Shown: positions 19,592 to 30,245 of the stretch, in pieces
Layout of the letters: each line of letters opens with the position of its first letter
How positions within the stretch are numbered: the stretch's first letter is position 1
NCBI GenBank assembly: GCA_963804265.1
Contig: CAWDPZ010000005.1
Span: forward strand, 6,799 to 70,798
Origin: an uncultured Acidimicrobiaceae bacterium
GTDB lineage: Bacteria > Actinomycetota > Acidimicrobiia > Acidimicrobiales > Bog-793
Direction: 5' to 3'
DNA length: 64,000 nt
Notes under the pieces: model-generated
Seen by the model: only the letters and a program-made list of their open reading frames with translations
Told to the model about the DNA's origin: nothing
The model's database searches: none
Program-made: the position numbers and the translations under genes

Positions 19592-20870
19592 ATGGGCAAT
19601 CGGTCTGACGGAAGGGGGGCGATGAGCGAGAACCGCGACGAGGGACGAGTCACGGGCGAGGGGCACGAGCGCTCCGGCCCACTTTCGGGGCTGCGGGTGC
19701 TCGACTGCTCGACGGTCGTGGCCGGTCCGCTCGCCTGCCAGCTCCTCGGCGACTTCGGAGCCGAGGTGATAAAGATCGAGCACCCCCGCTACGGCGACAC
19801 GCTCCGCGGCCACGGCCCCTCCAAGGACGGGGTGCCCTTGTGGTGGAAGGTGATCAGCCGCAACAAGCGGACGGTCGGCCTCGATCTCGGCGAGCCCGAG
19901 GGGGCCGCGGTGATGCTGCGGCTCGCCGAGACCGCCGACGCCATCGTCGAGTCGTTCCGCCCCGGCACGCTCGAGCGCTGGGGACTGGGATGGGACGTGC
20001 TGCACGCCCGCAACCCCCGGCTGGTGCTCACCCGTGTGACAGGTTTCGGCCAGGACGGCCCCTACTCACCGGGCGCCCCGCCTTCGGGACCCTCATCGAG
20101 GCGATGTCCGGCTTCGCCGCCATGACAGGCGAGCCGGGCGGCGCGCCTGTTGCCCCCCTTCGGTCTCGCCGACGGCATCGCCGCCATCAGTGCCGCCTTC
20201 GCCACCACGCTCGCCCTCTACCATCGCGACGCCCAAGGAGGCGACGGCCAGGTCATCGACCTCGCCATCCTCGACCCGCTCGTCACGGTCCTCGGCCCGC
20301 AGCCGACGGTCTACGACCAGCTGGGCGTCGTGCCCGAGCGGACCGGGAACCGTTCGTCGAGCAACGCGCCGCGGAACACCTACGAGACCTCCGACGGGCG
20401 CTGGGTGGCCGTCTCGACAAGCGCCCTCGAGGTCGCCCGGCAGCCGTCATGCGGCTCGTCGGACGCGAGGACGTGATCAACGAGCCCTGGTTCGTGCACG
20501 GGCAGCGGACGGGCCGAGCACGTGGAGCTGCTCGACGGGGCGGTGGCCGAGTGGATCGCCAAGCGGACCCGGGACGAGGTCATGGACGAGCTCGCCCGCG
20601 CCCAGGCTGCCGTTGCTCCTGTCTACGACGTCGCCGACCTCCTCGCCGACGCCCAAGTCGTGCACCGCGGGTCGATCACCGAGGTCGACGACGCGGATCT
20701 CGGCGCTTTGCGCATGCAGAACGTGCTCTTCCGCATGTCCGCCACACCCGGGAAGATCTCCTTCGGCGGGCGGAGCCCGGGGCGCCGACACCGACGAAGT
20801 TCTGGTCAGCGAGCTCGGCCTGTCCCCGGCCGAGCTCGCTGACCTGCGAGAGCGGGGCATCGTTGCCTGA
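19592..20870 (+). pseudogene. Family III (CaiB/BaiF) CoA-transferase, at least 5 frame disruptions
   Basis: The protein can be followed through 19592..20125 (LRVLDCSTVVAGPLACQLLGDFGAEVIKIEHP), 19840 frame (AFGTLIEAMSGFAAMTGEPGG), 20150..20476, 19840 frame (VMRLVGREDVINEPWF), 20522..20842 and the 20190..20870 tail (DTDEVLVSELGLSPAELADLRERGIVA). An alternative start is ATG at 19622. Confidence 0.75.
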
Positions 20871-22271
20871 GGCGGCCACCCTGCTCGAGGCGCTCGCCGC
20901 CATGGTGTCGGATGCGACCCCGGACCGCCTGCCAAGAGAAGTCCTCGACGACGCCCGCGCCCACCTGCTCGACACGCTCGGCATCTGCCTGGCGGCGACC
21001 GAGCTCGACACCAGCAGGGCCGTCACGGAGTACGCCCTCGGGCAGGGCGGCCGGCCGGAGGCCCATGCCATCGGCGGCGATTCCCGATCCCCGCCGCGCT
21101 GGCGGCGCTCGTGAACGGGACGCTCGCCCATTCCCTCGACTACGACGACACCCACCTGCCATCGGTCGTGCACCCGAGCGCGACGATCGTGCCGGCGTGC
21201 CTGGCCGCCGCCGAGCAGTGCGGAGCGGGGGGTCCGGCGCTGCTGGCCGCCATAACTGCCGGGACCGAGGTCTGCGTGCGACTCGGGATGGCCGGCTACG
21301 ACAGGGCGGGGCGCAACTCGGTGTACTTCGACCGGGGCCAGCATGCCACCTCCATGTGCGGGGCGATCGGCGCCGCCGGGGCGGCCGGGGCGCTCATGGG
21401 CCTCGACCGGGCGGGCATCGCCAATGCCATGGCGATCGCCGCCAGCATGGCCTCGGGCATCATCGAGGCGAACCGGTCGGGCGGGAGCGTGAAACGCCTG
21501 CACTGCGGGTGGGCGGCGCACTCGGCCATCACGGCGGCGGCCCTTACCGGGTTGGGCTTCACGGGGCCGGGGACTGCGCTGGAAGGACGGTTCGGTTTCT
21601 TCGAGGCGTATCTGTCGGGCAGGTTCGATCCCGAGGAGATCACGGGCGGACTCGGCGAGCGCTGGGCGGTGTCCTCGGTGCACTTCAAGCCGTACCCGGC
21701 GAACCACTTCACCCACGCCGGCATCGACGCCGCCCTCGCGATGCGGGCGGGGGGCGTGCGCCTCGAAGAGGTGGCGAGCATCCGTCTCGGCGTCGCCGGC
21801 CCCACGGTCCGTACGATCGGCGAGCCGATCGCGCTGAAGCGAAACCCCGAGACGGGATACCAGGCGCAGTTCAGCGGCCCCGTATACCGTCGTGGCGGCG
21901 CTTCTCGGCGGGGGCGGCCTCGGGCTGGGCCTGGACGACTTCACCGACGAGCTGCCCGCTCGCCGGAGCGGAGACGTCACATGGCCAAGGTGGAGGTCTT
22001 CGAGGACGAGAGCTGCAACGGCATCTTCCCCGACGCCTTCCCGGCCGTGCTCGAGGTCGAGACCGCGGGGGGCCGGGTTGTGACCGAGCGCGTCGAGGTC
22101 AACCGGGGCGGCCCGGAGCGCCGCTCTCGAGCACGGATCTCGAGCTCAAGTTCTCCGACAACGCCCGTCGCGTCCGGAGCGGCGACGCCGTCTCGCGCAT
22201 GCTGGAGGCGGTCGGTGCCCTCGGCGGGCAGGGCACGGTGGCCGAGGTGCTGGCTTCGGTCGCGCGCCTGA
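20863..22271 (+). pseudogene. MmgE/PrpD-family protein (second copy), at least 3 frame disruptions
   Basis: A TTG at 20863 overlaps the CoA-transferase stop by 8 nt. The sequence runs PEAATLLEALAAMVSDATPDRLPREVLDDARAHLLDTLG, then 21111..22271 (NGTLAHSLDYDDTHLPSVVHPSA...FKPYPANHFTHAGIDAAL). Further shifts occur near 21880, 21960 and 22120. The exact C-terminus is uncertain. Confidence 0.7.
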
Positions 22272-22296
22272 GGCACCGCCTTTCCGGCGGCGGGGC

Positions 22297-23118
22297 TCAG
22301 GCCCGGTGGCCCATCCGCGCCGAGACGCCCCGGGTGGCGGCCATGAGCGTTCCCGCCGCCTCCTTGGCCTCCCCCGGAAGCGCTCGGCGGGGCCTGAGAT
22401 CGAGATCACGCCGAGGAGCTGATCGTTCATCCCGAATATCGGCGCCGCCACCGAGCCGGCACTGTCGTCGCGTTCGCCGAAGGAGACGGCGTGGCCCTTC
22501 GCGGATGGACTTCAGCTCGGCACGCAGCTTGACGGGGTCGGTGATCGAGTGCGCCGTCATCGCCACGAGCTCGTGGGAGGCGAGGTACTCCTCCTGCTCC
22601 GGCGTGGGGAGGAAGGCGAGCAGGGCCTTGGACGACGCACCCGTATGGAGGGGGAACGGGCGTCCGATCTGCACGACCATCTTCACGTCACGCTCGGGCG
22701 TGATCTGGTCGATGTAGACGCGGTCCCACCCGACGCGGATCGAGAGCGTCGCCGTCTCGTTCGTCGTCCTGACGAGCTCGGTCATCGCCTCGCGGGCAAT
22801 GACGCGGAAGTCCAGCCGGTCCATGTTGCGCAGCCCGAGCATCAAGATCTTGGGCCCGAGCCGGTAGCGATGGGTCATGTCGTCGATCTCGACGAATTCC
22901 TTCGCCCGGAAGGTGGACAGGATCCTGTGCACGACGGCCTTGGACAGGCCGAGGCTCTGGGCGATCTCGGTGACGCCGAGCGTCTGGGACTCCGCCTCCA
23001 CGAACAGCGAGAGGACATCGAGCGCCCGCTCGATGCCCTGCACGCTCTGGATGCGGGGCTCGGCCGCATCGGCCTGCGTCACTGCCACCTCCGAGAGTCG
23101 AGGAACGCCACGGGCCAA
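22297..23118 (-). pseudogene. IclR-family transcriptional regulator, two frame disruptions
   Basis: IQSVQGIERALDVLSLF...LGVTEIAQSLGLSKAVVHRILSTF...TLSIRVGWDRVYIDQI...PLHTGASSKALLAF. A segment APIFGMNDQLLGVISISGPAERF lies in the 22146..22451 frame, between shifts near 22500 and 22380. Confidence 0.8.
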
Positions 23119-23200
23119 CGTAGCCGACCCGAGGTTCTTTAGGCCTGATTTGCGGGCCGCTGAAGCTGTCTGCCGGGCGACGAAAACCTCCCCGGCCTGT

Positions 23201-24030
23201 TCAGCGCGGCCTGTTCAGCGCCCCGATGGCGACCGGTCTCACGGGCGAGCCGGTGGCGCCGACGAGCTTCAACGGCAGGCAGACGAAAGTGAAGCTCCAC
23301 AGCCGGGCCCTCCACGAGCGCGTCCAGGTCGAGCGCCTCGATGATGTGGATCCCCGACTCGACGAGAAGCACACGGTGGCCGGGAGCAGCCTGTGCCCGG
23401 CTCCGGGCGCGATGTGCTCGAAGGCGATGGTGTCGGACCCGACGGCGAAAGGCGAGGCTGCCGCGAGCCAGCGAGCGCCCGCCTCGCCCGGGCCCGGGAC
23501 ACCGGACTCGAGCCCTACGAAGCGCTCCTTGTCGTCGAAGTGCCGACCCCAGCCGGTGTGGATCAGCACGACCGAGCCGGGCGCCAGCTCGACGCCTCGC
23601 GCTCGGCGGCGAGCTCCAGGTGCCTCGGGCGATATCTCGACGGCGGGCAGCGCAGGTCTGAGACCGAGGGCGCCGGCGACGTCCAGCAGCACGCCCGGCC
23701 GCACGATCGGCTCGATCGTCTCGACCCCGAGCTCGCTGAAGCGCCCCCCGGTCTGAGCAGCCATGGCGTCGACGCCGCCGTGGAGCAGGCCCCGGTGCGA
23801 CACGTGGCAAAGCGCGTCGATGTGCGTCCCGACATGGGTGCCGACAACGAGGAGGTCGTTCGCCGCCGAGGACCCGTCGTCTCTCGGACGTCGCCATGGC
23901 GGCGCTCGAGGGTCATGCGGAAGGCGGGGTGGTTCGGCGACTGCGGCATGCCGACGAACAGCGGCCTGCCGAGGTCGAAGACCATGCCGCCGATCACGTC
24001 AGATCCGACCGCCCCGTCGCCATCCCCCAT
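23201..24030 (-). pseudogene. Cyclase-family protein (kynurenine formamidase-like fold), at least 4 frame disruptions
   Basis: ATG at 24030 has a GGAGGA RBS. The sequence runs MGDGDGAVGSDVIGGMVFDLGRPLFVGMPQSPNHP, then LLVVGTHVGTHIDALCHVSHRGLL (my own translation), then VVLIHTGWGRHF, then FTFVCLPLKLVGATGSPVRPVAIG. The pieces lie in three frames. Confidence 0.7.
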
Positions 24031-24229
24031 GGTCAATGATCCTCCGGGCCCGCCGGCCGCGAGATGCGCCCGGTTCCGAGCCGCTCAGCAACGACGCCCA
24101 GCGGAAGAATGTCGACCGCGGCGTTCCATCAGGCGTAACTCAGTTCCAAACGCTAGGGGAGGGCAGTTGCGGTTGCGAGCGCGCGGGTCCGGGCCGCAGT
24201 TTTCTCCCTCCCGCCGACGCCGGCCACAC

Positions 24230-24259
24230 GTTGACACCGACCGCGTCGCGGCGCTACCT
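24230..24259 (+). promoter_or_regulatory. Promoter candidate TTGACA-N18-TACCTT
   Basis: Read directly in the 360-bp divergent intergenic region, about 130 nt upstream of the FMN reductase/ABC gene string. Confidence 0.3.
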
Positions 24260-24390
24260 TGATCCGTGCGCCGGTATGGGATTCCGGTACATGGAACAAG
24301 CTGGGATGGGGACCGGATCGGCCAGGGGGGATCTGCGACAGCTGTGACCGCGAGACCTGTCACTCCGCTCCTCGTAGCGGGTAAGCAAGT

Positions 24391-25055
24391 ATGACCACTC
24401 AAGCCCTGCGGCTCAAGGTCATCGTGGGGAGCACCGGCCAAAGCGCGCCGCCGACCGTGTCCTGCCGTGGGTGCTCGCCCGGGCGAGCTCGCACGGGGCC
24501 TTCGACGTCGAGCTGCTCGATCTTCGCGACTGGCCCTTGCCCTTTTTCGGCGAGCACATCACCAACGTCGGCGACATCAGGAACCCGACGTACTCCGACC
24601 CCATCGTCAAGGCCTGGAACGACAAGATCCGCGAAGCCGACGCCTTCTTGGTGATCACCCCGGAGTACCTGCACAGCGTCCCGGGCGTGCTGAAGAACGC
24701 TCTCGACAGCGTCTATCTGAGCTTCGGACTGCGCAACAAGCCGATGTCGGGCATCTCCTACAGCATCAGCGTCGCCGGCGGGACCCGCGCCCTCGAGCAT
24801 CTCGCCGACATGGCGATCGAGCAGGAGGCGGTGCCGCTGCGGAACACCGTCATCGTCTCCTACGTGCAGAACGCGTTCGACGAGCAGCAGCGGCCGAAGG
24901 ACCCCCTGACCGACGGGGCTTTGACCGTGCTCCTCGACGACCTCGCATGGTGGGCGGCGCTCCTGGCGAAGGGCCGTGCCGAGGGCCAGCTGCCGCCGGC
25001 AGGACAACGGCCCGCGCCCGCTCCGGCCGCGGGGCCGACGGCCACGGGCGACTAG
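24391..25055 (+). pseudogene. NADPH-dependent FMN reductase family protein, one frame disruption
   Basis: MTTQALRLKVIVGST (24391 frame) should continue as RPKRAADRVLPWVLARASSHGAFDVELLDLRDW...FLVITPEYLHSVPGVLKNALD (24471..25055 frame). The junction is at the short C/G run around 24434-24437. Confidence 0.8.
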
Positions 25056-25081
25056 CGGGCCGATCGGTCGGGGGCCCGGTC

Positions 25082-26096
25082 ATGACCAGATACCTCACCA
25101 AGCGGGCACTCCTCGTGATCCCGCAGCTGGTCGTGGTCGCGGTTCTCACCTTCGTGCTCATCCGGCTGCTCCCGGCCAATCCCGTCGAAGGCATCGTCGG
25201 CCCGGAGGCCACGAAGGCCACCTACGACGCCGAGAGGGCGCGACTCGGGCTCTCCTCGCCGATCATCGACCAGCTCGGCCACTTCCTCAACCGGGCCTTC
25301 CACGGTGACCTCGGGACGTCACTGGCAGTCCAACACGCCGGTGCGCACCGAGATCGCCACCCACCTCCCGATCACGCTGCAGCTGATCGTGCTGGCCCTG
25401 GTCGTGGCCCTCATCGTCGGGATACCGCTCGGCTACCTCCTTTCGACCTCCACGGGCCGGCGCCGGCGCAAGCACCCGATACTGCGCATCTACTCCCTGC
25501 TCGCCGGGTCGCAACCGGACTTTTGGTGGGGACTCGTGTTCATCTACGTGTTCTTCTTCATCGTGCACATCTTCCCGGCACCGCTCGGCGTCACCTCGCC
25601 GACGACGGTGGCGCCGACGCCGGTCACAGGTTTCATCCTCCTCGACTCGTTGATAAGAGGGCAGTTCTCCGTCTTCTGGGACACGTGCCAGCACTTCGCC
25701 CTACCGGCGCTGACGCTGGCGTTCGTGATCACCGGCCCGATCATCCGCATCACCGCCCAGGGCATGCGCTCGGAGGCGAGCTCTGAGTACCTCCTCTACG
25801 CGCGGGCGGCCGGCCTGCCCGAGCGGCGGGTCGGTTGGTACGTGGCGCGCAACGGCCTCGCCCCCGTTCTCACCTTGACCGGGGTCCTCTTCGGGGTGCT
25901 CCTCGGCGGGGCCGTGCTCGTCGAGACGGTCTTCTCCCTCGACGGCCTCGGCGTCTACACCCTGCAGAGCGTGCTCACGCTGAACTACCCCTCCATCGAG
26001 GGCTCCGTTGTCGTCATGACGGCGATCGCCCTCCTCGTCTACATCGGCATGGACGCCCTCTACGCCCTCTTGGACCCCCGGGTGAGGACGCGCTAG
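25082..26096 (+). pseudogene. ABC transporter permease (DppB/OppB type), one frame disruption
   Basis: MTRYLTKRALLVIPQLVVVAVLTFVLIRLLP...HGDLGTS switches near 25320 to the 25305..26096 frame (...LYARAAGLPERRVGWYVARNGLAPVLT...LLDPRVR). Confidence 0.85.
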
Positions 26097-27017
26097 ATGT
26101 CGCTCATCACCGAGGACCCGGGCGAGCAGGCGAGCGCCGGCCTCGCCTCGGGCGCCACCATCGACCCCGGCGTTCTCGGGCACCCCGGGTTGTGGGCCCA
26201 TGTCGTGGACGTCTTCAAGCGCGAGCTCATCCCGAAGATCGGCCTCGGCATCGTCGCGGTCGTGATCTTCTTGATGTTCTTCGGGCCGTTGATCACCCCG
26301 CACAGCCCGATCGCCGCCACGCAGTACGTGAACGTGCCGCCGAGCTGGGCGCACTGGTTCGGGACCGACGCCAGCGGGCTCGACATCTTCTCCCGGGTGA
26401 TCGCCGCCCCGCGGATCGACTTGAGCATCGCCCTGATCGCCACGGCGCTCGCAGTCGTCGTCGGGTCGGCCATCGGCCTTTTCGCGACCTTCGCCGGCGG
26501 CCCGATCGGCGAGCTCGCCATCCGCACGACCGACACGATCCAGGCTTTCCCGGCTCTCATCCTGGCGATCATCGTCGTCGTCCTGACCGGGCACAGCATC
26601 GACAACATCATCTTGGTGATCGCCATCTTGAACATGCCGCTGTACGTCCGGCTCATGCGAAGCCAGGTGTTGTCGCTTCGCGAGCGGGCCTTCGTCGAGG
26701 CGGCGAGGGCGAGCGGCGCCTCCGAGTTCGCCATAGCCTGGCGCCAGGTGCTGCCGAACGCGCTTGCCCCGATCGTCGCCCAGGTGAGCGTGACCATCGG
26801 CTGGGCCGTGCTCGCCACCGCCGGCCTGTCCTTCCTCGGAGCCGGCGTCCTCCCGCCGACGGCGGAGTGGGGCTCGATGATCTCGAGCGGCTCGAGCGAG
26901 GTCATCCTCGGCACGTGGTGGCCCTCGGTCTTCCCGGGCCTCGCCATGGCGATCACCGTCTCGGGCTTCGCGGCGGTCGGCGACGGGATCCAGACAGCCC
27001 TCAGGCGCGAGGGCTGA
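26097..27017 (+). CDS. ABC transporter permease (DppC/OppC type)
   Basis: Intact 306-aa ORF (HWFGTDASGLDIFSRVI...ERAFVEAARASGASEFAIAWRQVLPNA). The ATG directly follows the previous stop. Confidence 0.9.
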   Translation: MSLITEDPGEQASAGLASGATIDPGVLGHPGLWAHVVDVFKRELIPKIGLGIVAVVIFLMFFGPLITPHSPIAATQYVNVPPSWAHWFGTDASGLDIFSRVIAAPRIDLSIALIATALAVVVGSAIGLFATFAGGPIGELAIRTTDTIQAFPALILAIIVVVLTGHSIDNIILVIAILNMPLYVRLMRSQVLSLRERAFVEAARASGASEFAIAWRQVLPNALAPIVAQVSVTIGWAVLATAGLSFLGAGVLPPTAEWGSMISSGSSEVILGTWWPSVFPGLAMAITVSGFAAVGDGIQTALRREG

Positions 27018-27018
27018 A

Positions 27019-28009
27019 CATGCTGTTCGAGGCCCGCCAGATCAGCGTCGAGTACACGAGCCTCGGTCTCGTCAACCGCGCCGTCAACAACGTCGACGTC
27101 GACCTCGGGCGGGGCGAGGTGCTGGGAGTCGTCGGCGAGAGCGGCTGCGGCAAGTCGACCCTGGCGCTGGCGCTGCTCGGGCTCACCCGCCCCGGGGCGA
27201 AGATCACCTCCGGCTCGATCAAGCTCGACGACGTCGAGCTCCTCGCCGGTTCGCAGGACAGGTGGAAGTCGACGTGGGGCGCCAAGATCGGCCTTGTCAC
27301 GCAGAATCCGAGGGCGAGCCTGAACCCGACGATGCGCATCGGCAGGCAGATCTCGACCGTCTATCAGGCCCACACACAGGCGAACGCAAAGCAGGCCCGG
27401 GCGGCGACGATCGCCGCGCTCCAGCTGGTCGGGATGAACGACCCCGAGCGCCGCTACGACGCCTATCCCCACGAGCTGTCGGGCGGGATGGCCCAGCGCG
27501 CCCTTATCGCCATGGCGACTGTCACAAAGCCCACGGTCGTGATCGCCGACGAGCCGACGAGCCGGTTGGACGTCACCATCCAGGCCCAGATCCTCGACGA
27601 CCTCGTCCGGGCCGTGGGCGAGGTGGGCTCGGCCCTCGTGCTCATCACCCAGGACCTCGGTGTCGTGGCGAACTACGCGGACCGTGTCTATGTGCTGCAC
27701 GCCGGCGAGGTGGTCGAGGTGGCCGACACCACGAGCTTTTTCGACATGCCCACGCATCCGACCAGCATTTCGCTGCTTGCCGCCGAGCTCGGCACCGAGG
27801 ACGGCGCGAGCAAGCTGACGGGCCTGCCCGCCGACGGCCGGCACCTGCCCGAGGTGGGCTGCTGGCTGCAGGGCCGCTGCCCGTACGCGGACGAGGGGAG
27901 CGGGTGTCTCGCCGACCATCCGGGTCTCAGCGACGTGGGCGGGGGGCACCTCGCCCGCTGCCACCGCTGGGCGATGCTGCGTGAGCAGGGAATCGGAGCC
28001 CTGCGATGA
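27019..28009 (+). CDS. ABC transporter ATP-binding protein (DppD/OppD type)
   Basis: ATG at 27019. Walker A is GESGCGKST, the signature is LSGGMAQR and Walker B is VVIADEPTSRLD. It has an oligopeptide-type C-terminal Cys-rich tail. Confidence 0.9.
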
Positions 28010-29018
28010 CCGCGGTGGTCCCCGTCCTCAAGATCGAGAACCTCAGCGTGCACTTCCCGATCCGGGGGACGAGGCGCGTGGTGCACGCCTGCGACGAAGT
28101 GAGCTTCGAGCTCATGGCGGGCCAGACCCTCGGGCTCATCGGCGAGAGCGGGAGCGGCAAGACCACGATCGGTCGCTGCACCTTGCGCCTCCTCGATCCC
28201 ACCTCAGGCTCGGTGCTCTTGAAGGGCGAGGACATCAGCCGCCTGAAGCGCCGCCAGCTGCGCCGGCTGCGGGCGAACATGCAGATCGTCTTCCAGGAAC
28301 CTCTCGAGTCGTTCAGCCCCGCCCTCACTGTCGGGAGCCAGATCGAGCTTCCCTTGAGGGTGTTCTCAGGCCTCAACTCCTCGGCGAGAAAAGCCCGCGT
28401 CTTCGAGCTGCTCGAGCGCGTGGGCGTGCCGACCGGGAGCGCGGGGGTCCTCCCGAGTTCGCTGCCTGCCGGCGTGCTGCAAAAGTGCGCCATAGCCCGG
28501 GCGCTCGCCACCGACCCGCAGCTGCTCGTGCTCGACGAGCCGACCTCGGCGCTCGCGCCGGAGGCGGAGGCCGAGGTGATGGAGCTCCTGGGCAGACTGC
28601 AGCGCGACTCGGGCTCGCCTACCTCTTCATCTCCCACAACCTGTCGCTCGTGCGCAGCTTCTGTGATCTCGTGGCGGTCATGTACCTCGGCCAGATCGTG
28701 GAGTTCGGCCCGCAGTCCACCGTCTACGACTCACCGAGCCACCCGTACACACAGGCCCTTTTGAACTCGATTCTCCGCCCCGATCCGCGCCAGCGCCTCG
28801 AGCGGGAGGGAGGGCGCGCCGACCTGCAGGGCGAGATTCCGAGCCCGATCGACCTCCCGCCCGGTTGCTATCTCGCCACGCGCTGCAAGTTCGCCGTGGA
28901 CCGCTGCCACACCGAGCGCCAGGAGCTGACCGAATTCGAGCCCGGGCGCCAGGCGCGCTGCTGGCGGGTCAACGAGCTCTCCGGCAGCTCGGGACCGGTC
29001 GCTTCGTTGCCTCGCTGA
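28006..29018 (+). pseudogene. ABC transporter ATP-binding protein (DppF/OppF type), one frame disruption and a degenerate signature motif
   Basis: Walker A is GESGSGKTT and Walker B is LLVLDEPTSAL. The signature position reads LPAGVLQK instead of LSGGQRQR. A shift near 28610 leads into the 27981..29018 frame (YLFISHNLSLVRSFCDLVAVMYLGQIVE...SHPYTQALL). The ATGA overlaps the previous gene. Confidence 0.85.
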
Positions 29019-29055
29019 GAGCCGCCGCCGGCGGCGATCAGCGGACGCCGGCCCT

Positions 29056-29144
29056 TTGATCAGGGGACGACGGCCGTTGATCAGGGGACAACGGCCCGTT
29101 GATCAGGGACGCCGGCCCGTTGATCAGGACCGGCCCGTTGATCA
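29056..29144. repeat. Five tandem units (18-22 bp) of GGCC(C)GTTGATCAGGGGAC(R)AC, each with a TGATCA core
   Basis: TGATCA occurs at 29057, 29078, 29100, 29121 and 29139, read directly. The array fills the convergent gap between the ABC ATPase stop (29018) and the oxidoreductase stop (29142-29144). The last copy contains that stop codon. Confidence 0.85.
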
Positions 29145-30115
29145 GGGGACAACGGCCACGAGCTTTCCGCAGACGGTGTTGCTCTCCATCGTGCGGTGGG
29201 CCTCGGCGATCTCCTCGAGCTGGAACACCCCGGCGATATTGGGGCGGTAGGCACCTTCCTCGACACCTTCGACGATCCGCTGCAGGGTCGAGCCGTAGGT
29301 CGCCCGTGTGATGACGCCGCTGCGGAACCTCGCGAGGCGTACGGTTCCGAGCTTGCCCGTCAACTGGTCGAAGTCCCACGAGTTCCCGAGGAACCCGGTC
29401 ACACAGACCACGCCTCGCTCCGCGAGGCGGGAGCTGTCGATCGTCGTCGCCGGGCCGACGAGCTCGAGGGCGACCGTCGCGCCGTCCGGGAGGACTTCGC
29501 GGACCGCCGTTGCGATGTCGCCGCCATCGATCAGGACGATGTCGGCGCCCGCGTCGAGAAGAGAGGGTTGCTTCTTCTTGTCGTGGGTGGTGGCCACGAC
29601 CGTCGCGCCGAGCGAGCTCGCGATCGACAGCGCGGCCATCCCGACCGAGGAGGTGGCACCTCTTATCAAGATGGACTGGCCCTCGCGGAGCCCGAGCGTG
29701 TTCACGACCGAGCCCCAGGCGGTCCCGTAGCTCTCAGGGATGGCGGCGAGCTCGGTCCAAGCGAGCGAGGTGGTGACGGGTATGACCGAGGAGGCCGGGA
29801 CGCTCAGGAGCTCGGCGTAGCTGCCGTCGATCTCCTTTCCCATCTGCCCCATGAGCGCCACGACCGACTGGCCGGGCTGCAGGCCCTCGCAGTCCGGGGC
29901 CTCGATCACCTCGCCGGCGCATTCGATGCCGAGCACGCGCGGGAACGTGACGCCGTGACCGGAGTCAGTAGCGCGCGTCACGACCTCGGACCGGTTGATC
30001 CCGAAGGCCCGCACGCGCGGATCAGGGCCCATCCGGAACGAGGCAAGGGATCGGGTACCTCGCGGATCTCGAGGACCTCGGGGCCTCCGGGGCGGCTGAC
30101 GACGACTGCTTTCAC
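29142..30115 (-). pseudogene. Zinc-type alcohol dehydrogenase-like / NADPH:quinone oxidoreductase, one frame disruption
   Basis: A GTG at 30115 has an AAGGAG RBS (30121-30126). VKAVVVSRPGGPEVLEIREVPDPLPRSGWALIR shifts near 30017 to VRAFGINRSEVVTR...GIECAGEV...ILIRGATSSVGMAAL. The ORF-track N-terminal extension to 30344 is rejected. Confidence 0.8.
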
Positions 30116-30245
30116 TAGGGCTCCTTCGTGCCGGTGCGGTGCAGGAGAGGGTGCAGGCGAGCTGGCTAAGCTCAGCGGAACGATGTTCCGAAAATGATAA
30201 CCCCGGGCCCGCCGGCGAAACGGCGCCGAATCTGCCGGCCTGACC

